Positions 11,818 to 20,648 are shown, numbered from the stretch's first letter. The stretch: 64,000 nt of DNA from an uncultured Acidimicrobiaceae bacterium (GCA_963819695.1 CAWFXD010000002.1:503142-567141); one strand, 5' to 3'. Notes: generated from the letters alone by a model not told the origin. Numbers and translations: made by a program.

Positions 11818-11907
11818 CGGGGACGGTCGATCGGGGTCAGTCAGCGGGGTCAGAAGGCGGGTCAAGCAGGGTCGAGTCAGGCGGATCAACTCAGACGGTC
11901 AGTCAGT
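11818..11907. repeat. About seven degenerate direct repeats with a GGTCA(G/A) core, period 10-14 nt, filling the pfk/galT convergent spacer
   Basis: ggggacGGTCGatc ggGGTCAGtcagc ggGGTCAGaaggc gGGTCAAgcag GGTCGAgtcaggc GGATCAActcagac GGTCAGtcagt. GGTC cores start at 11825, 11835, 11848, 11860, 11870, 11883 (GGATC) and 11897. Confidence 0.5.
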
Positions 11908-12892
11908 GGCCGCTGGAGACCGGTACCCGGACCTTCAGCTCTTCGGCCGCCTGCTCCGGGTTCTTGATGTTGATCAGCACCCCGGTGCCGAGCTCGAATC
12001 CGGCCACCGTGGTCAGCTTGGGCACCACGTGGACATGCCAGTGGTACGGCTCGGGGGCGCGGTAGGGGGCGGAGTGGAAGACCAGGTTGTAGGCCACGTC
12101 GCCGACCACATCGCGGAGACTTCCGAGTGTCTCCTTCAGCGCCTTGCCCACCGCCTTGAGGTCGGCCGGGGGGCTGTGGTGGAGGTGCGGGCAGTGGGTG
12201 CGGGGGATGATCATCATCTCGTAGGGCGACCCGCTCCAGAACGGGCAGATGACCAGCACCCGCTCGTCGGCGTAGACGACCCGGTGGCCGACGTTTTCCT
12301 CGGCATCGAGGGCGGTACAGAGGAGGCAGCGTCCGGCGAACCGCGCGAAACCCGCCTGCTCCTCCACCAGTTCTCGGGGGACGAACGACATGCCCAACAA
12401 CTGACCGTGGGGATGGTCGACGGAGGCTCCCGCCTCGCGGCCCGAATTGACGATGGCCTGGCTGTAGCGGAGGCCCGGGATGGTCGAGTGCTCCTCGATC
12501 CGATCGCGGATGGCCGCCATGACCAGTCCGGTCTGGTCGTCACTCAGCATCGCCCAGGTCTTGTCGTGCTCGGCGGAGATGACCAGTACCTCGTGGATGC
12601 CGCCGGCGGTGGCCTGGGTGAAGACCGGACCGCGGTTGGTGACCACGAAGGGCTCGTCACCCTCGAAGGCCGGGTAGAGGTTCGGGACCACCCGCACCAG
12701 CCAACGACCTTCGGGGCCATAGGTCTCCAGCGCCGGGGGAGAGGTCTCCTCGTTGCCCGGGCAGAAGGGGCAGGGTCGGGAGGTGTCCGCCTGGGTCGTC
12801 GCCATCGGCGAGAAGGCCATGGGCCGGTTGGCACGATCAGTGCTGACGACCACCCATCGGCCGGTGAGAGGATCGAGGCGGAGCTGGTTCAT
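11903..12892 (-). CDS. galT: Galactose-1-phosphate uridylyltransferase (HIT superfamily)
   Basis: MNQLRLDPLTGRWVVVSTDRANRP, PCPFCPGNE (Zn site) and DHPHGQ (HxHxQ active site). ATG 12892 matches the usual N-terminus. The ORF-track GTG start at 12949 adds 19 aa. Confidence 0.85.
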   Translation of the reverse strand: MNQLRLDPLTGRWVVVSTDRANRPMAFSPMATTQADTSRPCPFCPGNEETSPPALETYGPEGRWLVRVVPNLYPAFEGDEPFVVTNRGPVFTQATAGGIHEVLVISAEHDKTWAMLSDDQTGLVMAAIRDRIEEHSTIPGLRYSQAIVNSGREAGASVDHPHGQLLGMSFVPRELVEEQAGFARFAGRCLLCTALDAEENVGHRVVYADERVLVICPFWSGSPYEMMIIPRTHCPHLHHSPPADLKAVGKALKETLGSLRDVVGDVAYNLVFHSAPYRAPEPYHWHVHVVPKLTTVAGFELGTGVLINIKNPEQAAEELKVRVPVSSGH

Positions 12893-13177
12893 CTGCGTGG
12901 TGTCTGTCCCATGAGGTTGGTATTCGGGATCGAAGCTAATCGTGTCCACCTAGGTGTTATCGGCAGGTTTCCGATGGTTCCTGAGCGGCTCGGGGCGCCG
13001 GTGTGCACCCCCAACGTAGCAATCCCCAAGGCTCAGGTGGCGTAGGGGGGTCCATAAGAAACGGTTCAGGACGGCGGTTCTTGCGCGTCGGGCGGCAATC
13101 CCGGCTTCGGCCTGGGGGCGTCGGGATGAAAGAATCGTCGCCGATGTCCACCCCCACACCGTCGGTCGCCGCGTCTG

Positions 13178-13579
13178 GTGGCTGTTTCCGTCAACCGGGG
13201 TGCCGGCTACGAGGTGGTGGTGCTGGCCCACGTCCTGGCCGCGGTGATCGGGTTCGGCGCGGTGGGCGTCGCCGGCGCCTACGCGGTGGTCCTCGGCCGC
13301 CGAGGCCCGACGACCGAGTCGGTGGTGAGGTACTACCGGCCCGGGGTGAACTGGGCCGGCCGGGTCCTGTTCGTGGTCCCGGTCCTCGGGTTGGTGCTCA
13401 TCGGGATGAGCCACAGCACCCGCGGCGGCTACGGGTTCTCGGACGCCTGGGTGATGGTGGGGCTCTTGCTCTGGGTGGTGGCGGCGCTGGCGGCGGAGAT
13501 GGTGCTGTGGCCCAGCGAGCGCGGACTTCAGCAGTTGGTGGCCGCGGGGAATGGGAGGATTCGGCCCATCGGTCGCTGA
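13178..13579 (+). CDS. Small polytopic membrane protein (function unknown), apparently truncated by a frameshift; last helix continues in another frame to 13659
   Basis: It has three hydrophobic helices (VVVLAHVLAAVIGFGAVGVAG, VLFVVPVLGLVLIG, VMVGLLLWVVAALAAEMVL). A fourth (TSAALLIIFVASMVVMVAKP*) is encoded just downstream in frame 1 and can be joined by adding one G to the G-run at 13546-13549. Confidence 0.5.
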   Translation: MAVSVNRGAGYEVVVLAHVLAAVIGFGAVGVAGAYAVVLGRRGPTTESVVRYYRPGVNWAGRVLFVVPVLGLVLIGMSHSTRGGYGFSDAWVMVGLLLWVVAALAAEMVLWPSERGLQQLVAAGNGRIRPIGR

Positions 13580-13668
13580 CCTGGCGGGTGGCCGGGACCT
13601 CCGCGGCGCTGCTGATCATCTTCGTGGCGTCGATGGTGGTGATGGTGGCCAAGCCCTGAGGCAGACGG

Positions 13669-14325
13669 TCAACCGACGACGAAGGTGCGCAGGACCACGC
13701 GGGCTTCGTCGATCCGACCCTGTCGGACCAGCGGAACCACCTGGCTCTCGAGGATCCGGTCCCAGTCGAGCGACTCGGTCGAGGTGCCGGTGTCCTTCAC
13801 CAACCATCGGGCTTCGTCGAGCAGCTCCGCCACCACGGCCACGTCGAAGTCGAGAGTTCCGGCGACCCGGGACCGGAGCCACCCGGCCAGAGCCGGACTG
13901 GCGCCCCCGGTGGCGACGGCCACCGTCACCGACCCTGCCCGGTGCACCGCCGGGAGCAGGAAGCTGCAGTTGTCGACGTCGTCGGCACTGTTCACCCACA
14001 CCCCGGCGGCGTCGGCATCGGCGAATACCGCATGGTCGACCTCCGGACGGCCGGTGGCGGTGACCACCAGCCGGTAGTCGGCGGCTTCCGGGCTCCGGTA
14101 GGGGCGGGTCTCGATGGTCAGCGACCCGGCCCTCCCCCCGGCCGGCGGATCTGTCCCCCAGGAGCGGATGTCGCCGATGACCTCAGGGGCCACCACGGTG
14201 ACCAGGGCACCGCAACCCAGGAGCCCTTCGACCTTGCGGGCGGCCACCCGCCCACCGCCCACCACCAGGCATCGCCGGCCGGAGACCACCAGCGAGACCG
14301 GGTACAGCACGGCAGTTGGGGCCAC
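13669..14325 (-). CDS. Siroheme synthase N-terminal-domain protein (precorrin-2 dehydrogenase / sirohydrochlorin ferrochelatase, CysG-N/SirC-like)
   Basis: Rossmann motif LVVGGGRVAARKVEGLLGCGALVTVVAPE. The size is 218 aa. It lies downstream of cysDN, beside a siroheme-dependent sulfite reductase. Confidence 0.8.
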   Translation of the reverse strand: MAPTAVLYPVSLVVSGRRCLVVGGGRVAARKVEGLLGCGALVTVVAPEVIGDIRSWGTDPPAGGRAGSLTIETRPYRSPEAADYRLVVTATGRPEVDHAVFADADAAGVWVNSADDVDNCSFLLPAVHRAGSVTVAVATGGASPALAGWLRSRVAGTLDFDVAVVAELLDEARWLVKDTGTSTESLDWDRILESQVVPLVRQGRIDEARVVLRTFVVG

Positions 14326-14335
14326 GTCTGCCCGA

Positions 14336-15745
14336 TCAGCCGTGCACGTCGAGGGGGGCGGGGTCCATCTCCAGAGGGGTCAGCGCCGGGGGGCCCACCA
14401 TCCCGGCCGCCACCGTGCCATTGGTGGTCGGGTCGATCACCACGAAACTCCCGGTGATCCGGTTGCGGCGGTAGAGATCGGCAGCCAGGGGAGTGGCCAC
14501 GGCAATGGTGGCCGTGCCGATGTCGTTTTCGGCCAGGGAGTCGGCCGGCAGCAGCTCCAGCCGGTTGACGTCCAACCGGCCGTCCACCGACACCACCCTG
14601 GCCGGGGTGACCCGGGTGGTGTGCTTGATCCGATACCGGGCACCCGCGGTCAGCGGGCGCGGGTCGAACCAGCAGATGGTGGCGACCAGCTGGGTCACCA
14701 CGTCGGGAGGGTCGTCGGCGGCGGCCAGCAGGTCACCCCGGCTGACGTCGACGTCGTCGGCCAGCTCCACCGACACCGACAGTCCCACCGCGGCCTCCTC
14801 GAGCGGCCCGTCGAGGGTCTCCACCGCGGTCACCGTCGAGCGCTGCCCACCGGGGAGCACGACCACCTCGTCGCCCTGCCGGAGAGGGCCTCCATTGACC
14901 ATGCCGGCGTAGGTCCGGCCGCCACCCGGTTGGCGGAGCACCCACTGGACCGGGAGCCGGGCGCCGGAGCCCTGGCGGTCCCCGTGGGCCCCGGCCCACT
15001 CACCGGCCGGCGCCTGCTCGAGGGATTCGAGGATGGTGGGACCCTCGTACCACGGGGCGGCGCCGGAGCGAACGGCCACGTTGTCGCCGTTGAGCGCGGA
15101 CACCGGGATCACGATGCACGACTCCACGCCCAACCGGTCGGCCAGGCGGGTCATCTCGGTGACCACCTGCTGGTAGGTGGACGGGTCCCAATCGGCCAGG
15201 TCCATCTTGTTGGCCGCCACGATCAGGTGGCGGACGCCCAGCAGCGCGGCGATGCAGACGTGGCGGCGGGTCTGCTCCCGCAGCCCCTTGGGGGCGTCCA
15301 CCACCACCAGGGCCAGGTCGGCCGTCGAAGCGCCGGTGGCCATGTTGCGGGTGTACTGCACATGGCCGGGACAGTCGGCGATGACGAACTTGCGGGTGGG
15401 GGTGGCGGCATAGCGATAGGCGACGTCGATGGTGATCCCCTGCTCCCGTTCGGCGCGGAGCCCATCGGTCACAAAGGAGAGGTCGATGCCGTCCACGCCC
15501 CGCCGGCGGGAGGCCGCCTCCACCGCTTCGATCTGATCGTCGAACAGCTGCTTGGTGTCGTGGAGCAGGCGGCCGATGAGGGTGGATTTGCCGTCGTCCA
15601 CCGATCCGATGGCGGCAAACCGCAATAGGTCCATCACCGGCTGGTCGGCTCCCTGGGAGCCATGACCGTGGGCAACCAACCTGTCGTCGTCCGGAACCCG
15701 GCCGGGGTCAACCGCGGTGCCGGTGCCGTCTGCAGTTGCCGCCAC
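14336..15745 (-). CDS. cysN: Sulfate adenylyltransferase subunit 1 (GTPase), without a fused APS-kinase domain
   Basis: GSVDDGKSTLIGRLL (G1), IADCPGH (G3), ANKMD (G4) and EF-Tu-like beta-barrel domains. The start lies 3 nt after the cysD stop. Confidence 0.9.
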   Translation of the reverse strand: MAATADGTGTAVDPGRVPDDDRLVAHGHGSQGADQPVMDLLRFAAIGSVDDGKSTLIGRLLHDTKQLFDDQIEAVEAASRRRGVDGIDLSFVTDGLRAEREQGITIDVAYRYAATPTRKFVIADCPGHVQYTRNMATGASTADLALVVVDAPKGLREQTRRHVCIAALLGVRHLIVAANKMDLADWDPSTYQQVVTEMTRLADRLGVESCIVIPVSALNGDNVAVRSGAAPWYEGPTILESLEQAPAGEWAGAHGDRQGSGARLPVQWVLRQPGGGRTYAGMVNGGPLRQGDEVVVLPGGQRSTVTAVETLDGPLEEAAVGLSVSVELADDVDVSRGDLLAAADDPPDVVTQLVATICWFDPRPLTAGARYRIKHTTRVTPARVVSVDGRLDVNRLELLPADSLAENDIGTATIAVATPLAADLYRRNRITGSFVVIDPTTNGTVAAGMVGPPALTPLEMDPAPLDVHG

Positions 15746-15748
15746 GGT

Positions 15749-16711
15749 TTAGAAGTAGCCCTCGCGCTTGCGGTCTTCCATCGAGGTTTCCGAGAACCGG
15801 TCGTCGGCCCGGGTTGCCCCCCGTTCCGAGACCCGCGACACCGCCACCTCCTGGATGATGCGGGCCAGGGTGGTCGCCTCCGAGCGCACCGCCCCGGTGC
15901 AGGTGGCGTCGCCCACCGTGCGGAACCGGACCGTCTCCTCGAAGGCGGTCTCGCCCGGGCCGGGCACCACCCAGGCGGACTCGGCCAACAGCATGCCGTC
16001 CCGCTCGATGACCGAGCGTCGGTGGGCGTAGTAGATGGACGGGAGTTCGATCGACTCGCGTTCGATGTACTGCCAGATGTCCAGCTCGGTCCAGTCCGAC
16101 AACGGGAAGGCCCTCAGGTGCTCGCCCGGCTGCACCTGGCCGGAGTAGAGCTGCCACAGCTCCGGCCGCTGGCGCTTGGGGTCCCACTGGCCGAAGGTGT
16201 CCCGGAAGGAGAGCACCCGCTCCTTGGCCCGGGCCTTGTCCTCGTCCCGCCGGGCGCCACCGATGCAGGCGTCGAATCCGTGGGCACCGATGGCGTCGAG
16301 CAGCGCGGTCGTCTGCAGGCGGTTCCGCATGCCTCCGTGACCGGGGTCCGCCACCCGGCCGGTGTCGATCGACTCCTGTACCGAGGCGACCAGCAGCCGC
16401 TCGCCCAGCTCCTCGATGCGCCGGTCCCGGAAGTCGATGACCTCGGGGAAGTTGTGGCCGGTGTCGACATGCATGACCGGGAACGGGAAGCGACCGGGAC
16501 GGAAGGCCTTCTCGGCCAGCCGGAGCAGCACCGCCGAGTCCTTGCCCCCGCTGAACAGGAGCACCGGGCGTTCACACTCGGCGGCCACCTCCCGCATGAT
16601 GAAGACGGCGTGGGCCTCCAACAGATCGAGGTGGTCGACGGTCGGCCGGAGGTTCCTCCCGGTGACAGCCTCCAGGGATCCGGAGGCGGGGGGATCGAGG
16701 GTGGTTGTCAT
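15749..16711 (-). CDS. cysD: Sulfate adenylyltransferase subunit 2
   Basis: LEAHAVFIMREVAAECERPVLLFSGGKDSAVLL (PP-loop), FPFPVMHVDTGHNFPE and the C-terminal SMEDRKREGYF. Confidence 0.93.
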   Translation of the reverse strand: MTTTLDPPASGSLEAVTGRNLRPTVDHLDLLEAHAVFIMREVAAECERPVLLFSGGKDSAVLLRLAEKAFRPGRFPFPVMHVDTGHNFPEVIDFRDRRIEELGERLLVASVQESIDTGRVADPGHGGMRNRLQTTALLDAIGAHGFDACIGGARRDEDKARAKERVLSFRDTFGQWDPKRQRPELWQLYSGQVQPGEHLRAFPLSDWTELDIWQYIERESIELPSIYYAHRRSVIERDGMLLAESAWVVPGPGETAFEETVRFRTVGDATCTGAVRSEATTLARIIQEVAVSRVSERGATRADDRFSETSMEDRKREGYF

Positions 16712-16916
16712 GGTGGGAATCGTTCCTGTCCCTGGTCAGTGGCGGCTTGAAGAAGAATGGAATAGGCCGATGGGCCGGCCCGGTTGTGTACAACATCGGG
16801 AAGCCCGAGGTGATTCCACCAAAAGATGATCCGATTAGTCATATATACTAGCGGGGCCGGATACCTGCAAGGTCCCGGGGCCCCCCGCACGAACCCCTCG
16901 ACGAGAGCGAGCCACC
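16712..16916. promoter_or_regulatory. Divergent cysDN / cysH-sir control region
   Basis: A 205-bp spacer between divergently transcribed sulfur-assimilation operons. It holds the most AT-rich stretch of the neighbourhood (16811-16855, ...ccaaaagatgatccgattagtcatatatactagc...) with a -10-like TATATACT at 16842-16849. No specific operator could be assigned. Confidence 0.35.
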
Positions 16917-17591
16917 TTGTCCAGCCAGCCCCAACTGACGACCCTCCATCACGAGCTGGCTGAGGTTTCGGCCGAGTTCGAGTCGGCCCCGGCCGGGAAG
17001 GTCATCACCTGGGCGCTGGAGCGGTTCGGGTCCAAGGTCTCGCTGGCCTGCTCCTTCCAGGATGCGGTCATCGTCGACCTGGCGGTGGCCGCCGATCCGG
17101 GGATCGAGGTCGTCTTCCTCGACACCGGGGCGCACTTTCCCGAGACCCTGGCCTACGTCGAGACCATCCGCCAGCGCTACAACCTCAACCTGACCACCAC
17201 CCACCCGGTGGAAGGGGCCGAGGACTGGCCGTGCGGGTCGGAAAGATGCTGCGAATTCCGCAAGGTCCTCCCCCTCAAGCAGGCACTCCAGGGCCAGGAG
17301 GCGTGGATGACCGGGGTCAAGCGGGTGGACGCCCCGACTCGGGCCGCCGCCCCCATCGTGTCCTTCGACGAGAACTGGGGGATGGTCAAGATCAATCCCC
17401 TGGCCACCTGGACCGACCAGGACATCGCCGGCTACGAGGCCGACCACGGCATCCCCCGCCACCCGTTGCTGTCGCAGGGCTACCTGTCCATCGGGTGTGC
17501 ACCGACCACCCGCCCGGTGGCCCCGGGCGAGGATCCGAGAGCCGGGCGTTGGTCCGACTCGGACAAGGTCGAGTGCGGGCTGCACCTCTGA
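16917..17591 (+). CDS. cysH: Adenylyl-sulfate (APS)/PAPS reductase, thioredoxin-dependent, Fe-S type
   Basis: ERCCEFRKVLPL (Cys-Cys pair), SIGCAPTT and the C-terminal ECGLH catalytic motif. TTG start. Confidence 0.9.
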   Translation: MSSQPQLTTLHHELAEVSAEFESAPAGKVITWALERFGSKVSLACSFQDAVIVDLAVAADPGIEVVFLDTGAHFPETLAYVETIRQRYNLNLTTTHPVEGAEDWPCGSERCCEFRKVLPLKQALQGQEAWMTGVKRVDAPTRAAAPIVSFDENWGMVKINPLATWTDQDIAGYEADHGIPRHPLLSQGYLSIGCAPTTRPVAPGEDPRAGRWSDSDKVECGLHL

Positions 17592-17592
17592 G

Positions 17593-19386
17593 ATGGCCAA
17601 GGACCAGGACGAGCTCTACGGTCTGACCATTCGGGGCACCGACCGGGTGATGCCCTTCATCAACCCCTACCGGACCCACGGCGAGCTCAACGACATCGAG
17701 AAGCAGAAGCTGGCCCGGGCGCCGTTGGACGTGGTCGACTCCATCATCAACGTCTACGCCAAGGAGGGACCCTCGGCGATCGCCAAGGTGCCCGGCGAGG
17801 TGGAACGCCTGAAGTGGGCCGGGATCTATCCGCAGAAGCAGGGCGGCGACGCCTTCATGATGCGGATCAAGGTTCCCGGCGGGCACCTGACCGCCGCCCA
17901 GTTCCGCGAGATCGGGGTGGTGGCCGACGCCTTCGGCGAGGGACCCGACGGCACCGAGAGCCGGGTGTTCGGCTCCAAGTACGCCGATCTCACCACCCGG
18001 CAGTCGGTGCAGATCCACTGGATCCGCATGGAGGACATCCCCCGCATCTGGCGGCGGTTCGCCTCGGTGGGTCTGACCACCATCCAGGGCTGCGGGGACG
18101 GCGCTCGCAACGTGCTCTGCTGCCCGGTGTCCGGCGTCGATGCCGACGAGGCGTTCGACGCCTACCCGGTGGTCAAGCAGGTCTCGGCCTTCTTCACCGG
18201 GAACCGCGAGTACGCCAACCTCCCCCGCAAGTTCAAGATCTCCATCACTGGTTGCTTGGAGGACTGTGCCCAGGCCGACATCAACGACATCGGGCTCTGG
18301 CCGGCCCGGGCCGACGACGGGACCCTGGGGTTCAACCTCTTGGCCGGCGGCGGCCTCTCCGACGGCGAGCGGATGGCCTCGGATCTCGACGTCTTCGTCC
18401 GCCAGGACCAGGCCCTGGAGGTCTGCCGGGCCATCGCCCAGACCTTCGGGGAGCTCGGCAACCGCGAGAACCGCGGCCTGGCCCGGATGCGGTACCTGGT
18501 CCAGGAGCTGGGCCCGGAGGGATTCCGGGCCGAGGTGGCGGCCCGGGCCGCCTTCGATCTGGTCCCGGCCGGGGAGTCGCTCACCCGCCGGTACCGCGGC
18601 GACCACATCGGGGTCCACCCGCAGAAGGAGGACGGGCTGTTCTACGTCGGGTGCTCGGTCCCGGTGGGGAGGATGAACGGCCCGGAGATGGTGGAGGTCG
18701 CCCGGCTGGCCGAGACCTACGGGGACGGCACCATCCGGATCGCCACCGACCAGAACTTCACCCTCACCGGTGTCCCCGGCGACAAAGTCGAGCAGCTGCT
18801 GGCCGAGGACATCCTGGCCAAGTACTCGCCGTATCCGGGCCCGTTCTCCCGGGGGGTGGTGGCCTGCACCGGCACCGAGTTCTGCCGCTACGCCATCGTC
18901 GAGACCAAGGAGCGGGCGGTGAAGTGGGCGCGCTTCCTGGATGCGGAGCTGGCCGGGGAACCGGTGGGTGCCGCCCCGACGCCCAACGGGTGGTCCGGCC
19001 CCCGGGAGGACGCCGGGGTCATCCGGATGCACTTCTCCGGGTGCTCGGCCAGTTGCGCCCAGCCCCAGATCGCCGACATCGGGTTCCGGGGGGCGGTGAC
19101 CCACGTGGGCACCCACCTGGCCGAAGCCGTCGACATCGGCCTCGGGGGATCGCTGGGGTCTGCCCCCGGGTTCATCGACTGGGTGGAGGGGTCCCGGCCG
19201 GTCAACGACGTCCCCGATGCCCTGCTCCGCATCGTCCGGCGCTACCAGTCCGAGCGTCGTCCCGACGAGCCGTTCTACAATTGGGCCCGGCGGGTCCCCA
19301 ACGACGACCTCCGGGTCACCCTGGGCGAAGCCGGGACGGGAACCCCCGTCATGTTGACGACCAAACCGGAAGCGCGGGTCAAGTGA
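17593..19386 (+). CDS. sir: Assimilatory siroheme-[4Fe-4S] sulfite reductase (ferredoxin-type NirA/SirA family)
   Basis: ATG 17593 lies 1 nt after the cysH stop. It has a duplicated NIR/SIR fold and the cluster/siroheme ligands C-x5-C (ACTGTEFC) and C-x3-C (GCSASC). The ORF-track 5' extension to 17497 lies inside cysH. Confidence 0.9.
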   Translation: MAKDQDELYGLTIRGTDRVMPFINPYRTHGELNDIEKQKLARAPLDVVDSIINVYAKEGPSAIAKVPGEVERLKWAGIYPQKQGGDAFMMRIKVPGGHLTAAQFREIGVVADAFGEGPDGTESRVFGSKYADLTTRQSVQIHWIRMEDIPRIWRRFASVGLTTIQGCGDGARNVLCCPVSGVDADEAFDAYPVVKQVSAFFTGNREYANLPRKFKISITGCLEDCAQADINDIGLWPARADDGTLGFNLLAGGGLSDGERMASDLDVFVRQDQALEVCRAIAQTFGELGNRENRGLARMRYLVQELGPEGFRAEVAARAAFDLVPAGESLTRRYRGDHIGVHPQKEDGLFYVGCSVPVGRMNGPEMVEVARLAETYGDGTIRIATDQNFTLTGVPGDKVEQLLAEDILAKYSPYPGPFSRGVVACTGTEFCRYAIVETKERAVKWARFLDAELAGEPVGAAPTPNGWSGPREDAGVIRMHFSGCSASCAQPQIADIGFRGAVTHVGTHLAEAVDIGLGGSLGSAPGFIDWVEGSRPVNDVPDALLRIVRRYQSERRPDEPFYNWARRVPNDDLRVTLGEAGTGTPVMLTTKPEARVK

Positions 19387-20648
19387 ACGGCTATCGAATC
19401 CGCGACGAGATCAACGGGATCGCCGAGCCGCCCGGGAAGACCTGGTTCTGGGAGCTCGAGGCCGGGGTCATCGAGGCTGACCGGTGCATCCAGTGCGGAA
19501 CGTGTGTGGCCGTCTGCCCGTCGAACTCCATCGGCATCGGGGAGGACACCTTCTTGCCCGAGCTGGTCAAGATGTGCACCGGCTGCTCGCTGTGCTGGGA
19601 CTTCTGTCCCCGGGGCGGGCTCCGCTACGAATCCGCCTGGCCGCCGTCGACCCCGATGGCCGACGAGTCCCCGGTCAACTTCGTGGAGCGGCCCGACCCC
19701 GCCGATCCCTACTGGAAGATCACCGGTGGGCCCCCGGGCGACGGCCTCGGCGCGGTGCTGGAGTCCTACGCCGCCCGGGCCGGCAGCCGCTCCGAGTTCG
19801 TCCAGGACGGCGGGGTGGTCTCGGCCCTGTTGCTGGGGGCGCTGGCCGGCGGGGAGATCGACGGCGCCCTGGTGACCAAGCCCAGCTCCGACCCCGACGA
19901 GCCGTGGAAGGGGGTGTCCCATCTGGCCACCACGGCCAAGGAGATCGTCGACGCCGCCGGCAGCTACTACAACCAGACCATGGCCCTGGCCGAGCTCGAC
20001 CTCTCCAGGTACGACCTGCCCCGCAATCCCCGGATCGCGGTGGTGGGGACCCCGTGTGAGATCCAGGGGATCCGGGCCATGCAGTCGCGCCGGTGGGAGT
20101 CGGGCGTGCACCGGGTCGACGCGGTGGTCCTGACCATCGCCCTGCTGTGCACCAAGAGCTTCGACTACCAGGGCCTGATGCTGCGGCTGCTCCGCGACGA
20201 CCGGGGCATCGACCTCGACCGGGTGAGCAAGGTCGACGTGATCCACGGCCGGATGATCGTCGAGTACCTCGATGGTGAAGTGGCGGTCGACGAGCCGGTG
20301 AAGAATTTCCACGGCGCCGCCCTCAAGGGCTGTGACGAATGCGCCGACTTCCTGGGCCGGGGTGCCGACCTGTCGGTGGGAAGCGTCGGGGCCATCGAGG
20401 GTTGGAGCAGCCTGCTGGTGCGGACCGAGCGGGGCCGGATGGCGGTGGACAACGCCCGGGGCCGTCTCGATCTGCGCGAGCTCGACAATCCCGACGCCCT
20501 GGTGAAGCTGGACGCCTTCGACAAGCGGATCGCCTTCAAGAGTCTGCAGCGGAAGTTCGATCCTGACGCCCCGTTGTTCATCGACTACGAGGAGCACCTC
20601 TCGAACTACCGCGGCACCGACCGCGCTCCGGCTGAAATCGACCGTTGA
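19383..20648 (+). CDS. FrhB/FdhB/FpoF-family (coenzyme F420 hydrogenase/dehydrogenase beta-like) flavoprotein with N-terminal 2x[4Fe-4S] ferredoxin domain
   Basis: GTG 19383 overlaps the sir TGA (GTGA). It carries two CxxCxxCxxxCP motifs (CIQCGTCVAVCP, CTGCSLCWDFCP), followed by QDGGVVSALL, VGTPCEIQGIRAM, LCTKSF, GCDECADF...DLSVGSVG and SLLVRTERG, which are typical of FrhB N- and C-domains. The long ORF-track entry 17814-20648 is coding only from 19383. Confidence 0.8.
   Translation: MNGYRIRDEINGIAEPPGKTWFWELEAGVIEADRCIQCGTCVAVCPSNSIGIGEDTFLPELVKMCTGCSLCWDFCPRGGLRYESAWPPSTPMADESPVNFVERPDPADPYWKITGGPPGDGLGAVLESYAARAGSRSEFVQDGGVVSALLLGALAGGEIDGALVTKPSSDPDEPWKGVSHLATTAKEIVDAAGSYYNQTMALAELDLSRYDLPRNPRIAVVGTPCEIQGIRAMQSRRWESGVHRVDAVVLTIALLCTKSFDYQGLMLRLLRDDRGIDLDRVSKVDVIHGRMIVEYLDGEVAVDEPVKNFHGAALKGCDECADFLGRGADLSVGSVGAIEGWSSLLVRTERGRMAVDNARGRLDLRELDNPDALVKLDAFDKRIAFKSLQRKFDPDAPLFIDYEEHLSNYRGTDRAPAEIDR

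Noticed and set aside
11818-11907. Possible CRISPR array or mobile-element terminal repeat
   Set aside because: The repeat units are only 10-14 nt, degenerate and contiguous with no spacers. There are no cas or transposase genes nearby. I kept it as a degenerate tandem-repeat finding instead.
17392-20597. Minus-strand ORFs 17392-19116 and 19275-20597
   Set aside because: They are antisense to the sulfite reductase and FrhB-like genes. They are low-complexity Gly/Arg/Pro-rich translations.
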